The notes under the pieces are model-generated. The model did no database searches. It saw nothing but the letters and a program-made list of their open reading frames with translations, and was not told the DNA's origin. DNA of 64,000 bases, taken from the NCBI GenBank assembly GCA_965218795.1, contig OZ244653.1, positions 1,312,001-1,376,000 of the forward strand. The letters are read 5' to 3'. Below, piece after piece: positions 40,717-50,824 of this stretch. The DNA is from a bacterium. GTDB lineage: Bacteria > UBA8248 > JACPRG01 > G963555815. How positions within the stretch are numbered: the first letter of the stretch is position 1; the number at the start of each line of letters is the position of its first letter. Position numbers and translations under genes: made by a program.

Positions 40717-41325
40717 TCAACCGGAAAAAGTGATGCGGAAGAGGACCTCAAATCCTTCCTCCCAACGCTCGATGAAGAGCCCGTCGGCATCCAAGGTCGC
40801 GAAGGTCTCTGTAATGTTCATTGGTCCCGTGTCGTGTCGGTCGCCGAACTCGCCGTGCACCTCATTCAACATCTCCAGACCCGCCGGGTTCACGTCGGCC
40901 ACGACGAGACGGCCACCGGGTTTACAGACGCGCAGCATCTCCCGGACGGACTCGGCAGGCTTTTCCAGATGATGGATCAAATTGGCCGAGGCCACCAGAT
41001 CAAAGGTACCGTCCGCGAAGGGCAGGCGCGCGGCATCGCCGCGGAGAAACCGAATTCGATCCGCCACGCCTGCATCCGCCGCATTCTTGCGCGCCGTGTC
41101 GACCCCTTCGGCTTCGAATTCCAGCGTTGCAACCCCCGCCTCTTCCTTGGCCAGCAAGATCGCGAAGCGTCCCGGTCCGGTTCCGACATCCAGCACCCGC
41201 CCCGCAATCGGACGGGCGCCCTCCACCACGCGGGCGCACATCTCGCCCACGTCGTAGCCCCGCTCTTTCAGAACATGGTGGCGGTCCTGATATTCCCGGA
41301 TTCCTTTTTCGCCGGTATCGCTCAT
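40717..41325 (-). CDS. Class I SAM-dependent methyltransferase
   Basis: VLDVGTGPG, GDAARLPF.DGTFD, RVCKPGG. Confidence 0.88.
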   Translation of the reverse strand: MSDTGEKGIREYQDRHHVLKERGYDVGEMCARVVEGARPIAGRVLDVGTGPGRFAILLAKEEAGVATLEFEAEGVDTARKNAADAGVADRIRFLRGDAARLPFADGTFDLVASANLIHHLEKPAESVREMLRVCKPGGRLVVADVNPAGLEMLNEVHGEFGDRHDTGPMNITETFATLDADGLFIERWEEGFEVLFRITFSG

Positions 41326-41598
41326 CCGATTCCGATCCTGTTTTCACCGAAGGATTATTGACGAACGACCCCGCACCCCAGTACGGTGAGCGGTCGGATT
41401 CATCCCGGATCGAACCAACCCAATGTCAGTTTATGGTACAGGATAGAGAAAGGCTCATCAAATCCCAGCCCCAGGCACGTCGCTCCCCAAGTGGATTTGG
41501 ATGCCTCTTTTGAATCGACGACATGAAACTTTGATTCCAGCCGCCTTCGAGATTTCAGAATTCGTCGAATTCACATTTCAACCGGGACGACGTTTTTC

Positions 41599-42465
41599 AT
41601 GAACCCAATCTTCGAAGTGCCCCTCGCGCTCGCCCTGTTAGGGTTCATTTTTCAGGGGTTCAGCGATTTCCTGCTGAAGCGTGGAGTGGATCAGGAGGGA
41701 AACCCTTTCTCCATCATCGCGATGTCGGTTCCCACCTTCTTCACGACCTCATTCCTCTCCGGGTTTCTCTTGGGCGAACTGGAGTTCAAGACAGAAACCA
41801 TCGGTTTTGGAATCATCGCCGGCATTCTCTCCGTCGTGGCCTTGAACCTCTTCATGATCAGCCTGAAGGATGGCGAGGTGTCCGTTACTTCCACGCTGTT
41901 CAGGCTGAATTTCGTCGTGACTTCTCTCCTGGCCATTTTCATTCTGGAGGAATCGGCGACCTGGTCCAAATGGGTAGGGCTCGCGCTCGCGGGGGGCGCC
42001 ATCTATTCGATATCCTGGGGCGGTCATCCACACCGAAAGGGAATGGCGCGCGCGACCGCCCTGGCCATCGCGGCGCTTCTCACCTATGGCATCAACAGCT
42101 TCTTTTTCAAAATTGCGACTCTCTACGAAGTGAGCGTGCCCGCTTACACAGTCGCCACATCGTTCACATTCGGCACCTTGTCCGTTGCCGTCCATTTTTC
42201 ACCTTGGAAAGCCGTACGCCTTCGAGTGAATCGGGTGGTCCTCCGATACGGCCTGATATCGGGCTTCATCATCGGGGTGGGGTTCAACGCCATGATCTGG
42301 TCGTTGCGCCTTGGCGGTGAGGCAAGCGTTGTCGTCCCCATTGTTCAGCTCAGTTTCGTCTTGACCGCCGCCTTAGGCGTCATCAGGCTGAACGAGCCCA
42401 TGACACCCCGAAAAGGGGTTGGCTTTGGCTTAGCCATTGGAGCCATTATCGTCCTGGCGCTGTGA
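41599..42465 (+). CDS. EamA/DMT transporter
   Basis: About 10 hydrophobic segments in two repeats. Confidence 0.82.
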   Translation: MNPIFEVPLALALLGFIFQGFSDFLLKRGVDQEGNPFSIIAMSVPTFFTTSFLSGFLLGELEFKTETIGFGIIAGILSVVALNLFMISLKDGEVSVTSTLFRLNFVVTSLLAIFILEESATWSKWVGLALAGGAIYSISWGGHPHRKGMARATALAIAALLTYGINSFFFKIATLYEVSVPAYTVATSFTFGTLSVAVHFSPWKAVRLRVNRVVLRYGLISGFIIGVGFNAMIWSLRLGGEASVVVPIVQLSFVLTAALGVIRLNEPMTPRKGVGFGLAIGAIIVLAL

Positions 42466-42475
42466 AAGGCCTTTT

Positions 42476-43636
42476 GTGAACCGGCACCTTTTCATCTCGG
42501 TTTCTTGCCAAACCGCGGTCGGAGGCCTGTTCCTCAACCTTGCTCCGGTTACATCGGATCTCGTCCGCGAGTTCGGCGTTTCCTACGCCGATGTCGGTCT
42601 GGTGACTACGTCGTTCATCGTGGGCCAAGCCCTGATCTCCATGCCGGCCGGATATCTTTCAGATCGCTTCGGCGTGAAACGGATCTATCTGACCGCGAAT
42701 ATCTGCGTGGTATTCGTCGCCCTCTTGCTGGCTCTTTCGACGAGCATGGTCCAGATCACCATTCTCCGCTTCTTCCTGGGCGTGGTGATGGGCACGCAGT
42801 TCGTCGTCGGGAGCAGTTACTTGGCGTATTGGAGCCCGCCCGAGCGGGCCACGCTGTATCAGGGCCTGTATGGAAGCGGGTTCAATATCGGGATCACCTT
42901 ATCTTTCCTGCTGGCCGGACCCCAGGTCGGGCTACTCGGGTGGCGGGGCGTTTTTCTGGTTCCGGGGGTATTGACGGTATTGGCGACACTGGTCCTTGGA
43001 ATCAGCGGCATCGAGCCCAGGGATAAACCCGCGGGTCCGTCGGTCACCCTGGGGAGGCTTTTGGAGCTTCCGGTCCTGAGGCTGACCCTCCTCGGCGTCT
43101 GCATGTCCACGGCTTGGGCGACATTCGTCGTTTTGGGCGCTTGGCTGACAGAATACTTGATGGTCGAGCGGCAGGGCATCTTCTGGCTGAGCGCCGTCCT
43201 GGCGGGGATCAACATGGCGGGAAGCGGGATCGGGCGGGCGATGGGAGGCGTGGCGGCCAAACCCGGGAATGAAGGCCGGGCCCTGGTCTGGGTCTACGGG
43301 GCGGTGCTCCTGGCGGCGGCGGGGCTCCTGGTTCCGGCTCCGTTGCTGGTGACGCTGTTGTTGGCGTTTCTTGTGGTCACCCTTTCCTCCATGGGATTTG
43401 CGCCTACGATCCGTCTGGCCGTGCAGGACAGCCGGCCGGGTCTTCAAGGAACGGCGGTGGGATACGTGCTGGCGCTGGGGATGATCCTTGGATCGCCCCA
43501 ACCCTCGATTTTCGGGTGGCTGGTGGGGGTTTCGGGGTCCTTCACCGTGGGATTCCTCCTGATCCTGGCCTCTCCTCTGGCCGGCATCCTGGCCATCATC
43601 GGGTTTCGGGGGAAGAAAGCGGGGATTGCGGCGTAA
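42476..43636 (+). CDS. MFS transporter
   Basis: Motif A GYLSDRFGVK; about 12 hydrophobic segments. Confidence 0.88.
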   Translation: MNRHLFISVSCQTAVGGLFLNLAPVTSDLVREFGVSYADVGLVTTSFIVGQALISMPAGYLSDRFGVKRIYLTANICVVFVALLLALSTSMVQITILRFFLGVVMGTQFVVGSSYLAYWSPPERATLYQGLYGSGFNIGITLSFLLAGPQVGLLGWRGVFLVPGVLTVLATLVLGISGIEPRDKPAGPSVTLGRLLELPVLRLTLLGVCMSTAWATFVVLGAWLTEYLMVERQGIFWLSAVLAGINMAGSGIGRAMGGVAAKPGNEGRALVWVYGAVLLAAAGLLVPAPLLVTLLLAFLVVTLSSMGFAPTIRLAVQDSRPGLQGTAVGYVLALGMILGSPQPSIFGWLVGVSGSFTVGFLLILASPLAGILAIIGFRGKKAGIAA

Positions 43637-43794
43637 GCGTCAAGGAGGAGACGCAAGAATTACCAACGCCGAGGCGATTCCCTCGCGTTGTTCAGTCTGG
43701 GAGAAATAAGCGTCAGTCTTCCTTCCGGATGCCGGAAGGGCCGAACAAGCCCCGCATCCGGTTGGCCGGTCCTGCTTGAGCTCTTCGTAGGGAG

Positions 43795-44256
43795 TCACAT
43801 CTCCTTCAGTTTCTCCGCGAGCCTCTCCACAAATTCACGCAGTTCAGACAACTTCACTGTGGCACGGAACCCGCTAGCGTCATCGAACCGGAAAGCCGTG
43901 ACTTCGCCGCGCTCCGGTACCGGTTTAAAGCGGAAATGTGCGACTGCATTTCTTAGATGCCTCACCAAGTCGCGAAGAGTAGCCCGGTCATTTTTGAAGA
44001 GCGTGCCACAATACTCACATCGTGATTTCCTCCCGTATTTACCCCAATTCTGAATCGCATCGGGTGAGATTCCCCACTTCCGTCGGTCATCAATCGGGTC
44101 TGTTGGGATCGAATCCAGGCAGCTCTCACTCGGCACCAACAACAGACCGAGCAAGCAGTTCAACAGCAGAGTGGCATCGTAAGGTGTCTGGCAGTCTTTT
44201 ACGAGCTTAAGGCTCCTCTGTATAAATGCACTCTCGAAGTCAGAATTGAAGCTCAT
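43795..44256 (-). CDS. Stand-alone HEPN-family nuclease (pEK499_p136-like)
   Basis: F..RSL, YDATLLLNCLLGLLLVP.E, HLRNAVAH. Confidence 0.75.
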   Translation of the reverse strand: MSFNSDFESAFIQRSLKLVKDCQTPYDATLLLNCLLGLLLVPSESCLDSIPTDPIDDRRKWGISPDAIQNWGKYGRKSRCEYCGTLFKNDRATLRDLVRHLRNAVAHFRFKPVPERGEVTAFRFDDASGFRATVKLSELREFVERLAEKLKEM

Positions 44257-44284
44257 CGACTCATTACCTCCCAACTACAGAAGC

Positions 44285-44660
44285 TCAACCGCTCACAGTC
44301 TTCCGCTGGTAACCTGGCTGGTACAACTCAACCGTGAACCCGCCGGGGACCTTGATGGGGGTCGCCATGCCATATCCCGCGTCGGTCACCGCGTCCGTGA
44401 ACTCCACGCCTCGCTCCTTCAACTCGGAAACCGCCCTGTTGATGTCGTCGCAGTGAAAAGAGATGGACGAGGGACCGGAAGCAACGGACTGACCGCCCTC
44501 CATCTCTGATGGGCTGACAACCCATCTCCGCGTCAGGGAGGTCGAAGATCAGCCAGCCATGACCGACGTCCGTGGAGGGCAAGCCGAGCTTGTCGCGGAA
44601 AAACGCTCGGAGCGCTTCCGGCTCCGAGCCGTAGAACATGGCGTGTACTCCGGCCATCAT
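44285..44660 (-). pseudogene. VOC/glyoxalase family protein, frameshifted near 44512
   Basis: RAFFRDKLG..GWLIF in one frame; ISFHCDDI..ELKERGVEF..VELYQP in another. Confidence 0.75.
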
Positions 44661-44850
44661 CGGAACCTCCTCCAATCGCATTGCGCTCCGTCTCGGCAGC
44701 GCGCAGAGAGTCCGTTGAACAGAGTCCGGGTCAGAGACCCGGTTCATGGCCAAGAGTGGAATCGTGTTCAGGTCGAAGGGGTCGCGCGGCGAGGAGGGCG
44801 GAGATGCTTCGGTCACAGGGGTTCGCCCAAGGCGTGACGCCCCGCCCCTC

Positions 44851-45789
44851 CTACTCGCCGAGCGCGGCGTGGGCCTGTTTCTGGCGATTGGCGGCAATGA
44901 GGTTGTCGGGATCGAAATCGGGGTCCAGCATGCGCCAGCTCTGCATCCACTCGTAAGTGCGTTGGAGCTCTTCCTCAGGGACCGGCGACGGCTCGATCAC
45001 CTGAAGCCGGCTTAGCGGGAAGTCGTCCACCGTCAGCGCGGCGAGCCCCGGGTGTTGGCCCTCGTGATAGTCCAGGAAGTAACGGAGGTACTTGCGCTTG
45101 TCGGCGTTGATCCGGTGGACGGCTTCGCTGACGGCGCGGTTGAACGCTGCATAGGTTTCAACGTCGACTTTTTCCGACGCCACCTCGGTTCCATGGTACG
45201 GCGCGAGAACCATGACGCGGCAGCCTTCCTTTTCGGCAAGCGTGAGAAAGGGCTCGGTCAGGGTGGTCGCCGCGATCTCACCCTTCATCAGCGAGTCGTA
45301 TCGTCTGCCCGAACCATTGGGCGCGCGGCAGGTCTTGATCGCCTCACGGGGCAGGAATCCCTCGATCATCAGCAGCGCAAGATAGTGGGTGCCGAAATAA
45401 TAGGGAATGCCGATCAGCTTGCCTGCGAGCTGCTGCGGGGTGTAGACATCCGAGCCCGGCGGGACGACGAGTCCGGCATAGACGATGATCGCCCGCCGGC
45501 CGATCTGGCGCCCCTTGACCGATGTGTCCTGAACGCGGCGGTAATTTCCCCATTCGCAGGCGTTGTACATATCGGCGCCGCCGGTCTCGAACGCCGCGCC
45601 GTGACTCGTGAAGGCGCTCAAACCGTCCGGCGTATTGATATCGACTTCGGTGGCCTTCGGCGCCTTTTTGTCGCGCTCCACCCATTCGATCTCCAGACCT
45701 TCCGCCTCGAACAGACCTTCATCACAGGCAACCAGTTCCGGCAGTCCCTGGAACGGCGCGGTCGTTTCCAGCGCAAGCTTGCGTTTCAT
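44851..45789 (-). CDS. SsuA/NMT1-like ABC substrate-binding protein
   Basis: LFEAEGLEIE, QLAGKLIG, TLTEP; no obvious signal peptide. Confidence 0.72.
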   Translation of the reverse strand: MKRKLALETTAPFQGLPELVACDEGLFEAEGLEIEWVERDKKAPKATEVDINTPDGLSAFTSHGAAFETGGADMYNACEWGNYRRVQDTSVKGRQIGRRAIIVYAGLVVPPGSDVYTPQQLAGKLIGIPYYFGTHYLALLMIEGFLPREAIKTCRAPNGSGRRYDSLMKGEIAATTLTEPFLTLAEKEGCRVMVLAPYHGTEVASEKVDVETYAAFNRAVSEAVHRINADKRKYLRYFLDYHEGQHPGLAALTVDDFPLSRLQVIEPSPVPEEELQRTYEWMQSWRMLDPDFDPDNLIAANRQKQAHAALGE

Positions 45790-46156
45790 CAGCAACCCCC
45801 TTTTCGGGCACATCAAACCCGGGTCAATACCCGCAATATAGCAGATTTCGGCGCCCGTTGGACGTTCCTGCTTGATCGGAAGTTCGCCCTGGCATGCGGG
45901 GTCATGGCTTCTTCCCCGTACTGAAGACAGAATCCAGCCGCTGGAGCCTGAACCGTCCTCAACGGGTCGTATGAGGTGTTGGGACTGATCCTGGGCGGCC
46001 ATGAAATCCCGATCGAGCAAACGCGCCCGCAAAGATGCCCTGAATTATTGATAAAGTAAGGTACTCTGATGACACACTGGGTGTGCGGCATTCCCAATCT
46101 GGCGTCACCCGGGCAATTCCGGTTCGAGGATTCCCCTTGGGTGAAGGGAAAGAGAA

Positions 46157-47155
46157 ATGGCTCAAGCGCAGGTCCAAAAGACCCTTCGGCGGGAAGGCTC
46201 CCTCTGGCCCGCTCTGCGGGATTACTGGCATGTGGTCGCCTGGTCGGAGGATGTGCGGGAGAACGGGATATTTCCAGCCACCCTGTTGGACGAAGATATC
46301 GTCGTGTGCAGGATCGAGGGCGAAGTCGTCGCGTTTTCCGATTTGTGCGTCCACCGGGGAACGCCCCTGTCCCTCGGGACCGTCGAAAACGGGCGGATCG
46401 TGTGCTGTTACCACGGCTGGGAGTATGACCCCGAGGGAAAGTGCACGCGGATTCCATCAATTCCTGACGAACACCCCATCCCCAAGAGGGCCTGCCTCGC
46501 GAAGTATCAGGCGGCGGAGCGTTACGGGATGGTCTGGGTCTGCATGTCCGACGAGCCGAGAACACCCATACCCGATTGCCCTCTGGCCGAGGATCCCGAT
46601 TTTCACATCTTTTTCCGGAACCATTGGCTTTGGAAGGCCGGAGCGGCCCGCGCGACGGAGAATTTCTTCGACCAGGCCCACTTCGCCTTTATCCATCGGG
46701 GGATCTTGGGAAGCCCCGACCATCCCCTCGTGACTGAAGCGCGGATTGACCGGGACGGGGAGGTTCTCCATTTCCAGGTGGATGCCCCGGCCACCATGAC
46801 CGCCGCCGATCCGCACGTCCGGAACTACAGCGTCTTCCGGCCTTTCCTGATCTATCACCGCAAGGAAATGCCCAACGGCGAGAAGGAGGTCTTCCTGAAT
46901 TACTCCAGCCCAAAATCCGCCAAGGAGACCATGCGGTTCATGACCGTCTACCGGAACTTCGAACTCGATCCAACCAAGGTGACGAATACCGAAGAATTGC
47001 AGGAGCTCATCATCGAGCAGGACCGGGTGGTCGTCGAGCGCCAAAGACCGGAGGAGCTGCCGCTGGACCTTTCGGAGGAGCTACATATCAAGTCGCCGGA
47101 CGCCATCGCTGTCCAGTACCGGAAATTTCTGCACGAGTTGGGCGTCGATACCTGA
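46157..47155 (+). CDS. Rieske non-heme iron oxygenase (VanA/demethylase-like)
   Basis: CVHRG...CCYHGW; ENFFDQAHFAFIH. Confidence 0.92.
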   Translation: MAQAQVQKTLRREGSLWPALRDYWHVVAWSEDVRENGIFPATLLDEDIVVCRIEGEVVAFSDLCVHRGTPLSLGTVENGRIVCCYHGWEYDPEGKCTRIPSIPDEHPIPKRACLAKYQAAERYGMVWVCMSDEPRTPIPDCPLAEDPDFHIFFRNHWLWKAGAARATENFFDQAHFAFIHRGILGSPDHPLVTEARIDRDGEVLHFQVDAPATMTAADPHVRNYSVFRPFLIYHRKEMPNGEKEVFLNYSSPKSAKETMRFMTVYRNFELDPTKVTNTEELQELIIEQDRVVVERQRPEELPLDLSEELHIKSPDAIAVQYRKFLHELGVDT

Positions 47156-47231
47156 GGCTGTGCGTCCTGTCCCTCCAGCCCCGGGGAGGCGGACTTCCAG
47201 CCCGTCTTCAACAGACGCTCGGGGCCAAAGA

Positions 47232-47288
47232 GCCGGGGAGACGTTTTGAAAACTGTCCTCCCGATACCCTCTCCCCAAAAACTTTTGC
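47232..47288 (-). repeat. GGGG..TTTT/AAAA..CCCC palindromic intergenic repeat (copy A)
   Basis: Reverse complement aaaagtttttggggagagggtatcgggaggacagttttcaaaacgtctccccgg resembles 48183-48236. Confidence 0.45.
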
Positions 47289-47462
47289 AGGCCAAGCCGG
47301 AGGCTTGGCCTGCTCGCGGTGTGAGGAGTGGGTCCGTTGACCGCCGGTGCAGCCAGGGCGGAAGGGTGATCCCGTACATGAACAGAGGGAGGGGAAAAAA
47401 CATGAAAACAAGGAAAAGAGGAGGATGCCCCGCCTCCCGGTTGTCTCAGGACTTGGGCTATA

Positions 47463-47783
47463 TTATTTCACCAATCGCGCGCTCACGAGCCGGTTTAGAC
47501 TCACGCCTTCTTCCGCTGCCTGGATAGCCAGTTCGCGGTGCATTTCAGGCGGTATGCGTACCACGAACTTTCCGCTATAGAAGCGGTCGGACAGCGGTTT
47601 GGGCACTGTCTCTCCGGTGGCGCGCATGTCCGCGACGACGCTACGAACCAGCCTTTGGATCCCTGATAGAGCCTTATCGGGAGTAGGCGCCAGCCAGCTC
47701 AGCGATGGGAATTCAGCGCACAGGCCAACGTTCTCGTTGTCTTCGGCAGACCATGTGATGCGGTAGGTGTAACGGTCGTCCAT
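47463..47783 (-). CDS. hicB: HicB-family antitoxin
   Basis: YTYRITWS.ED..VGLCAEFPSLSWLA; YSGKFVVRIPPEMHRELA...SLNRL. Confidence 0.9.
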   Translation of the reverse strand: MDDRYTYRITWSAEDNENVGLCAEFPSLSWLAPTPDKALSGIQRLVRSVVADMRATGETVPKPLSDRFYSGKFVVRIPPEMHRELAIQAAEEGVSLNRLVSARLVK

Positions 47784-48031
47784 TCCATGCTCTCCAATTT
47801 CTCGATTGCCTTGATGACTCGGCGGACTTGATATGGTTTTGCCATGCCTTTGGCATTCTGAATATTCACTCTGGGGTCGCCCGGCCACGGAGTGCGGTAA
47901 ACCCGATGGCTTGCGCCTTTCTGGCGTGGTTTTCCGAAGAATTTGTCACATGTTTCAGCCAGGTCGGAGAACCGGACACCCTTCGGGTTGCGACGAAGCG
48001 CTTTAAGAATTGTCTCAGCATCCTTACCCCT
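47699..48031 (-). pseudogene. hicA: HicA-family toxin lacking a normal start and stop
   Basis: NPKGVRFSDL..FGKPRQ..SHRVYRTPWPGDPRVNIQ..AKPYQV; AGG at the expected start position. Confidence 0.7.
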
Positions 48032-48182
48032 TATAATAGTATCGTTAATAGTATTAAACTGTAGCGATATCAATACATTTCTTTCATTTTTCTCAAAAAA
48101 TTTCAAAAGGCTTTAGAACGGAAATTTCCTCGGCCGGATGCCGGCTTTTGTGCGGACGCGCAAGGCGCGCCGTCACGAATGG

Positions 48183-48236
48183 AAAGTATCGCTTGGGGGT
48201 ACGGGGGGGGGGCGGCTTTTTAAAAAGCGCCCCCGC
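48183..48236 (+). repeat. Palindromic intergenic repeat (copy B), possible terminator
   Basis: gggggcggctttttaaaaagcgccccc hairpin. Confidence 0.45.
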
Positions 48237-48378
48237 TTGCAATGAGCACGACCTGCACCAATCTTCACCGGACACAAGGGTTCATGATTTTCGATTTCAC
48301 TCTTCAGCCCGGCTGCGGCGCCCGATGGGCGCCGCGAGATCGCGGAGGCACGTTGTCTCCCGGACGGGAACTGTTGAC

Positions 48379-50079
48379 TCAGTGCGTGTTGAAGACGGCT
48401 TGATAGGCCTTGAGCTTCTCTCGGATTGCCGCCAATTCCTTCTCGGTCGGGTTGTCGGGGTCCGCCGCCGGAGGCAGGCTGCCGAACTTCATCTGGCAGG
48501 CCATCAACAGCAGCCGCGCTTTGGTGGAAGTCAGGTTCGAGCCGCTGACAAAAAATTCGTAACGGGGCGGAAACCCTTCCGTGTTGCCGCGACCAACGCG
48601 CACCACCGGCATCCCGCAGTGTACGGCTTTGAGCATGAGCCGTTCGCGCGCCATGGAGGTCATCAATCCGTAAGGCGATAGACCTTCCACGGCAAACCCC
48701 GCCAGCGGCGCATGATCCAGGTTGTATTCGATGAGAGCAATCAGATCGACTTCCCGGCTGGGATCAACCTCAAAGTCGTCGGCAATATAGCTGCCGTCTT
48801 TGACGATCGAGACCTTCGGGATGGCGTCCTCAACAAGTTCACCGTCAGGCGTCTTGATCGCCACGGGAACCGTCGTGAGGCCTCCATCCGTACGTCTCAC
48901 ACCCATGACCTGATCCGGCAACCCGGAGATATTGACTTCCGATAGATGCGTGTGGCGCGTAGCCGGGAGGTAATGCAGCACCGGTGAGCCGTCATGACCG
49001 GCCGCACCGAGGATACCGCCATGCCCGCCGGTTGCCACATAGCCGCCCGGACGCGCATCGGCCTTCATCACTTCCCGGGCGGCAAAGACCCGCTGCTCCT
49101 GGATGAGAACCATTCCCGCGCGGTTGCGGCCGTTGTCATCGGCCCAGACCCGCGAGCAGATATAATCAACGGAATCAACAATGTTCTTCGGCCCATCATT
49201 GCTGATCTGGCCCTGAGGGCGCTGTGCGGCATTACCGCAGATCGGCAAGGTCGTATCGAGCAGCAAGTTGAACCAGTAGATCGTTTCTTCGATACGCGGA
49301 CTTCCCTGGGTCCAGATCGCCCCATCATAGTCGCCGCTGGAAAGGACCCGTTGCACGATGTTTGTCATGCGGGCCAGGCTCGGACGGGGCGGCGCTGCGC
49401 CGAGGTGGAACGGTTTGTATGGGAAGAAATCCTTGCCACGGCGTTCAGGGGCGATGTCGCCCGTCCCGACATCCGTTCGGCGAGCAGCAGAAAGGCCTTT
49501 CGTATAGCCCGAGGGAGGGAGCACCCGGAAGTAATCAACATCCGCTTTGGAGGAGATCGTGTTCCCTACGCCCTCTTTACTCACATTCAGCCGGTCGATT
49601 TCCTCGAAACTGCGAGAGCCGTCAGGAAAGAACGGCTGCCGGGCTTTTTCCATCGGGGCTTTGGGAGCCGCGCACTCCTCCTCCCAGGCTTGGCCATCAG
49701 CCTGACGGGCCATATACGGCAGGGGGTACAGCCCATCCTCCGGCTCAATCAGGACCTCGTAGACGGGCGTGTCGCTTTCACTTTGCGGTTCCTTATGGAA
49801 GTCCCCTTTTTCATCAATGTAGCCGTCCGGAGGGCCGTATAGTTCAGCGGCATCCGCTTCAAGCGGGTGGGCGCTGAATTGTTCGACGTAGACGGTGGCG
49901 GACTTGGCCAGGCGCTGCGGCCGAAGCACGTCGAAACGTACCGGCGAGTTGTCGGGATGGGTCATCTCCGGAAGATCATACTTTTTTCGCGCCTTACTGC
50001 TCGTCACAAGGGGGGGAGTGTTCTGGATCGTGGCGTTCGGACCGGACAGATGTGCAATACGGGGTCTGGAAGTGTTCAT
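48379..50079 (-). CDS. Divergent asparaginase/glutaminase-fold protein
   Basis: YDGAIWTQGSPRIEET, AAQRP..SNDGPKN, AREVMK, NLTSTKARLLLM. Confidence 0.75.
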   Translation of the reverse strand: MNTSRPRIAHLSGPNATIQNTPPLVTSSKARKKYDLPEMTHPDNSPVRFDVLRPQRLAKSATVYVEQFSAHPLEADAAELYGPPDGYIDEKGDFHKEPQSESDTPVYEVLIEPEDGLYPLPYMARQADGQAWEEECAAPKAPMEKARQPFFPDGSRSFEEIDRLNVSKEGVGNTISSKADVDYFRVLPPSGYTKGLSAARRTDVGTGDIAPERRGKDFFPYKPFHLGAAPPRPSLARMTNIVQRVLSSGDYDGAIWTQGSPRIEETIYWFNLLLDTTLPICGNAAQRPQGQISNDGPKNIVDSVDYICSRVWADDNGRNRAGMVLIQEQRVFAAREVMKADARPGGYVATGGHGGILGAAGHDGSPVLHYLPATRHTHLSEVNISGLPDQVMGVRRTDGGLTTVPVAIKTPDGELVEDAIPKVSIVKDGSYIADDFEVDPSREVDLIALIEYNLDHAPLAGFAVEGLSPYGLMTSMARERLMLKAVHCGMPVVRVGRGNTEGFPPRYEFFVSGSNLTSTKARLLLMACQMKFGSLPPAADPDNPTEKELAAIREKLKAYQAVFNTH

Positions 50080-50824
50080 AGGACCACCTGTTCCCTTCGC
50101 GATAAGAAATCTCTATGTAGGATTGTCATCATGGGTCAGTATGTACCAAAGCGGCACAAACTGTTTTCAATGGAAAATGCCCATTTCAAGTGTCGGACAG
50201 GCTTGTACCCATCACTCGTTACTGTTCAGCCAGATTAGACTTCTCTCTACTGAACCTGTCAACGCCTTCTCGAGCGCCCGAAACCGTCATCGGAGCGGTG
50301 TATTTGATTGAATACGGCGCCACCCCTCAGGGTAGCCGAGCCTTGCCCGCAGACCCACCGAAGACAAAATGCTGAATGACCGGAATTCCCCATATTGCCC
50401 TGTAAGATTCGCCTTCCGGTCCATCTTGCCGATGGAATCAAATTGAAACCATCCCCTTCCTCCTCTGAAAGTTCTCCAACCCGACGGAATGGTAGCCTGA
50501 TGGGCTTTGCGCGTGCGGAAATAACTGCCCCTCGACTCTCGGTCGCCTTGGCCCGCAATCCAACCCGATAAACATACAACTTTCTGCCAGCGAGTAACCC
50601 TATGGGAGGGAGAACGTCCATCCGGGCACCCGAGCCTTCAATGCCTGACCCTTCTTTGCGCTTCAGCCAAGATGCTGGAATATAATGCCTGATGTATTTT
50701 CGCCCCCCCTTGGTGGAGCGGAAATCTCTGGCTGACATCTTGGCATTCAGAGTGGCTTACCCGGAAGGCTCCCGGACAAGTGCCGGCGGAGACACCCGGG
50801 AAGGAATTTCCAAAGGCGCTCCAG

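Noticed and set aside
50259-50738. 159-aa ORF between the asparaginase-like and xdh genes
   Set aside because: No recognisable motif or RBS; at most gene debris
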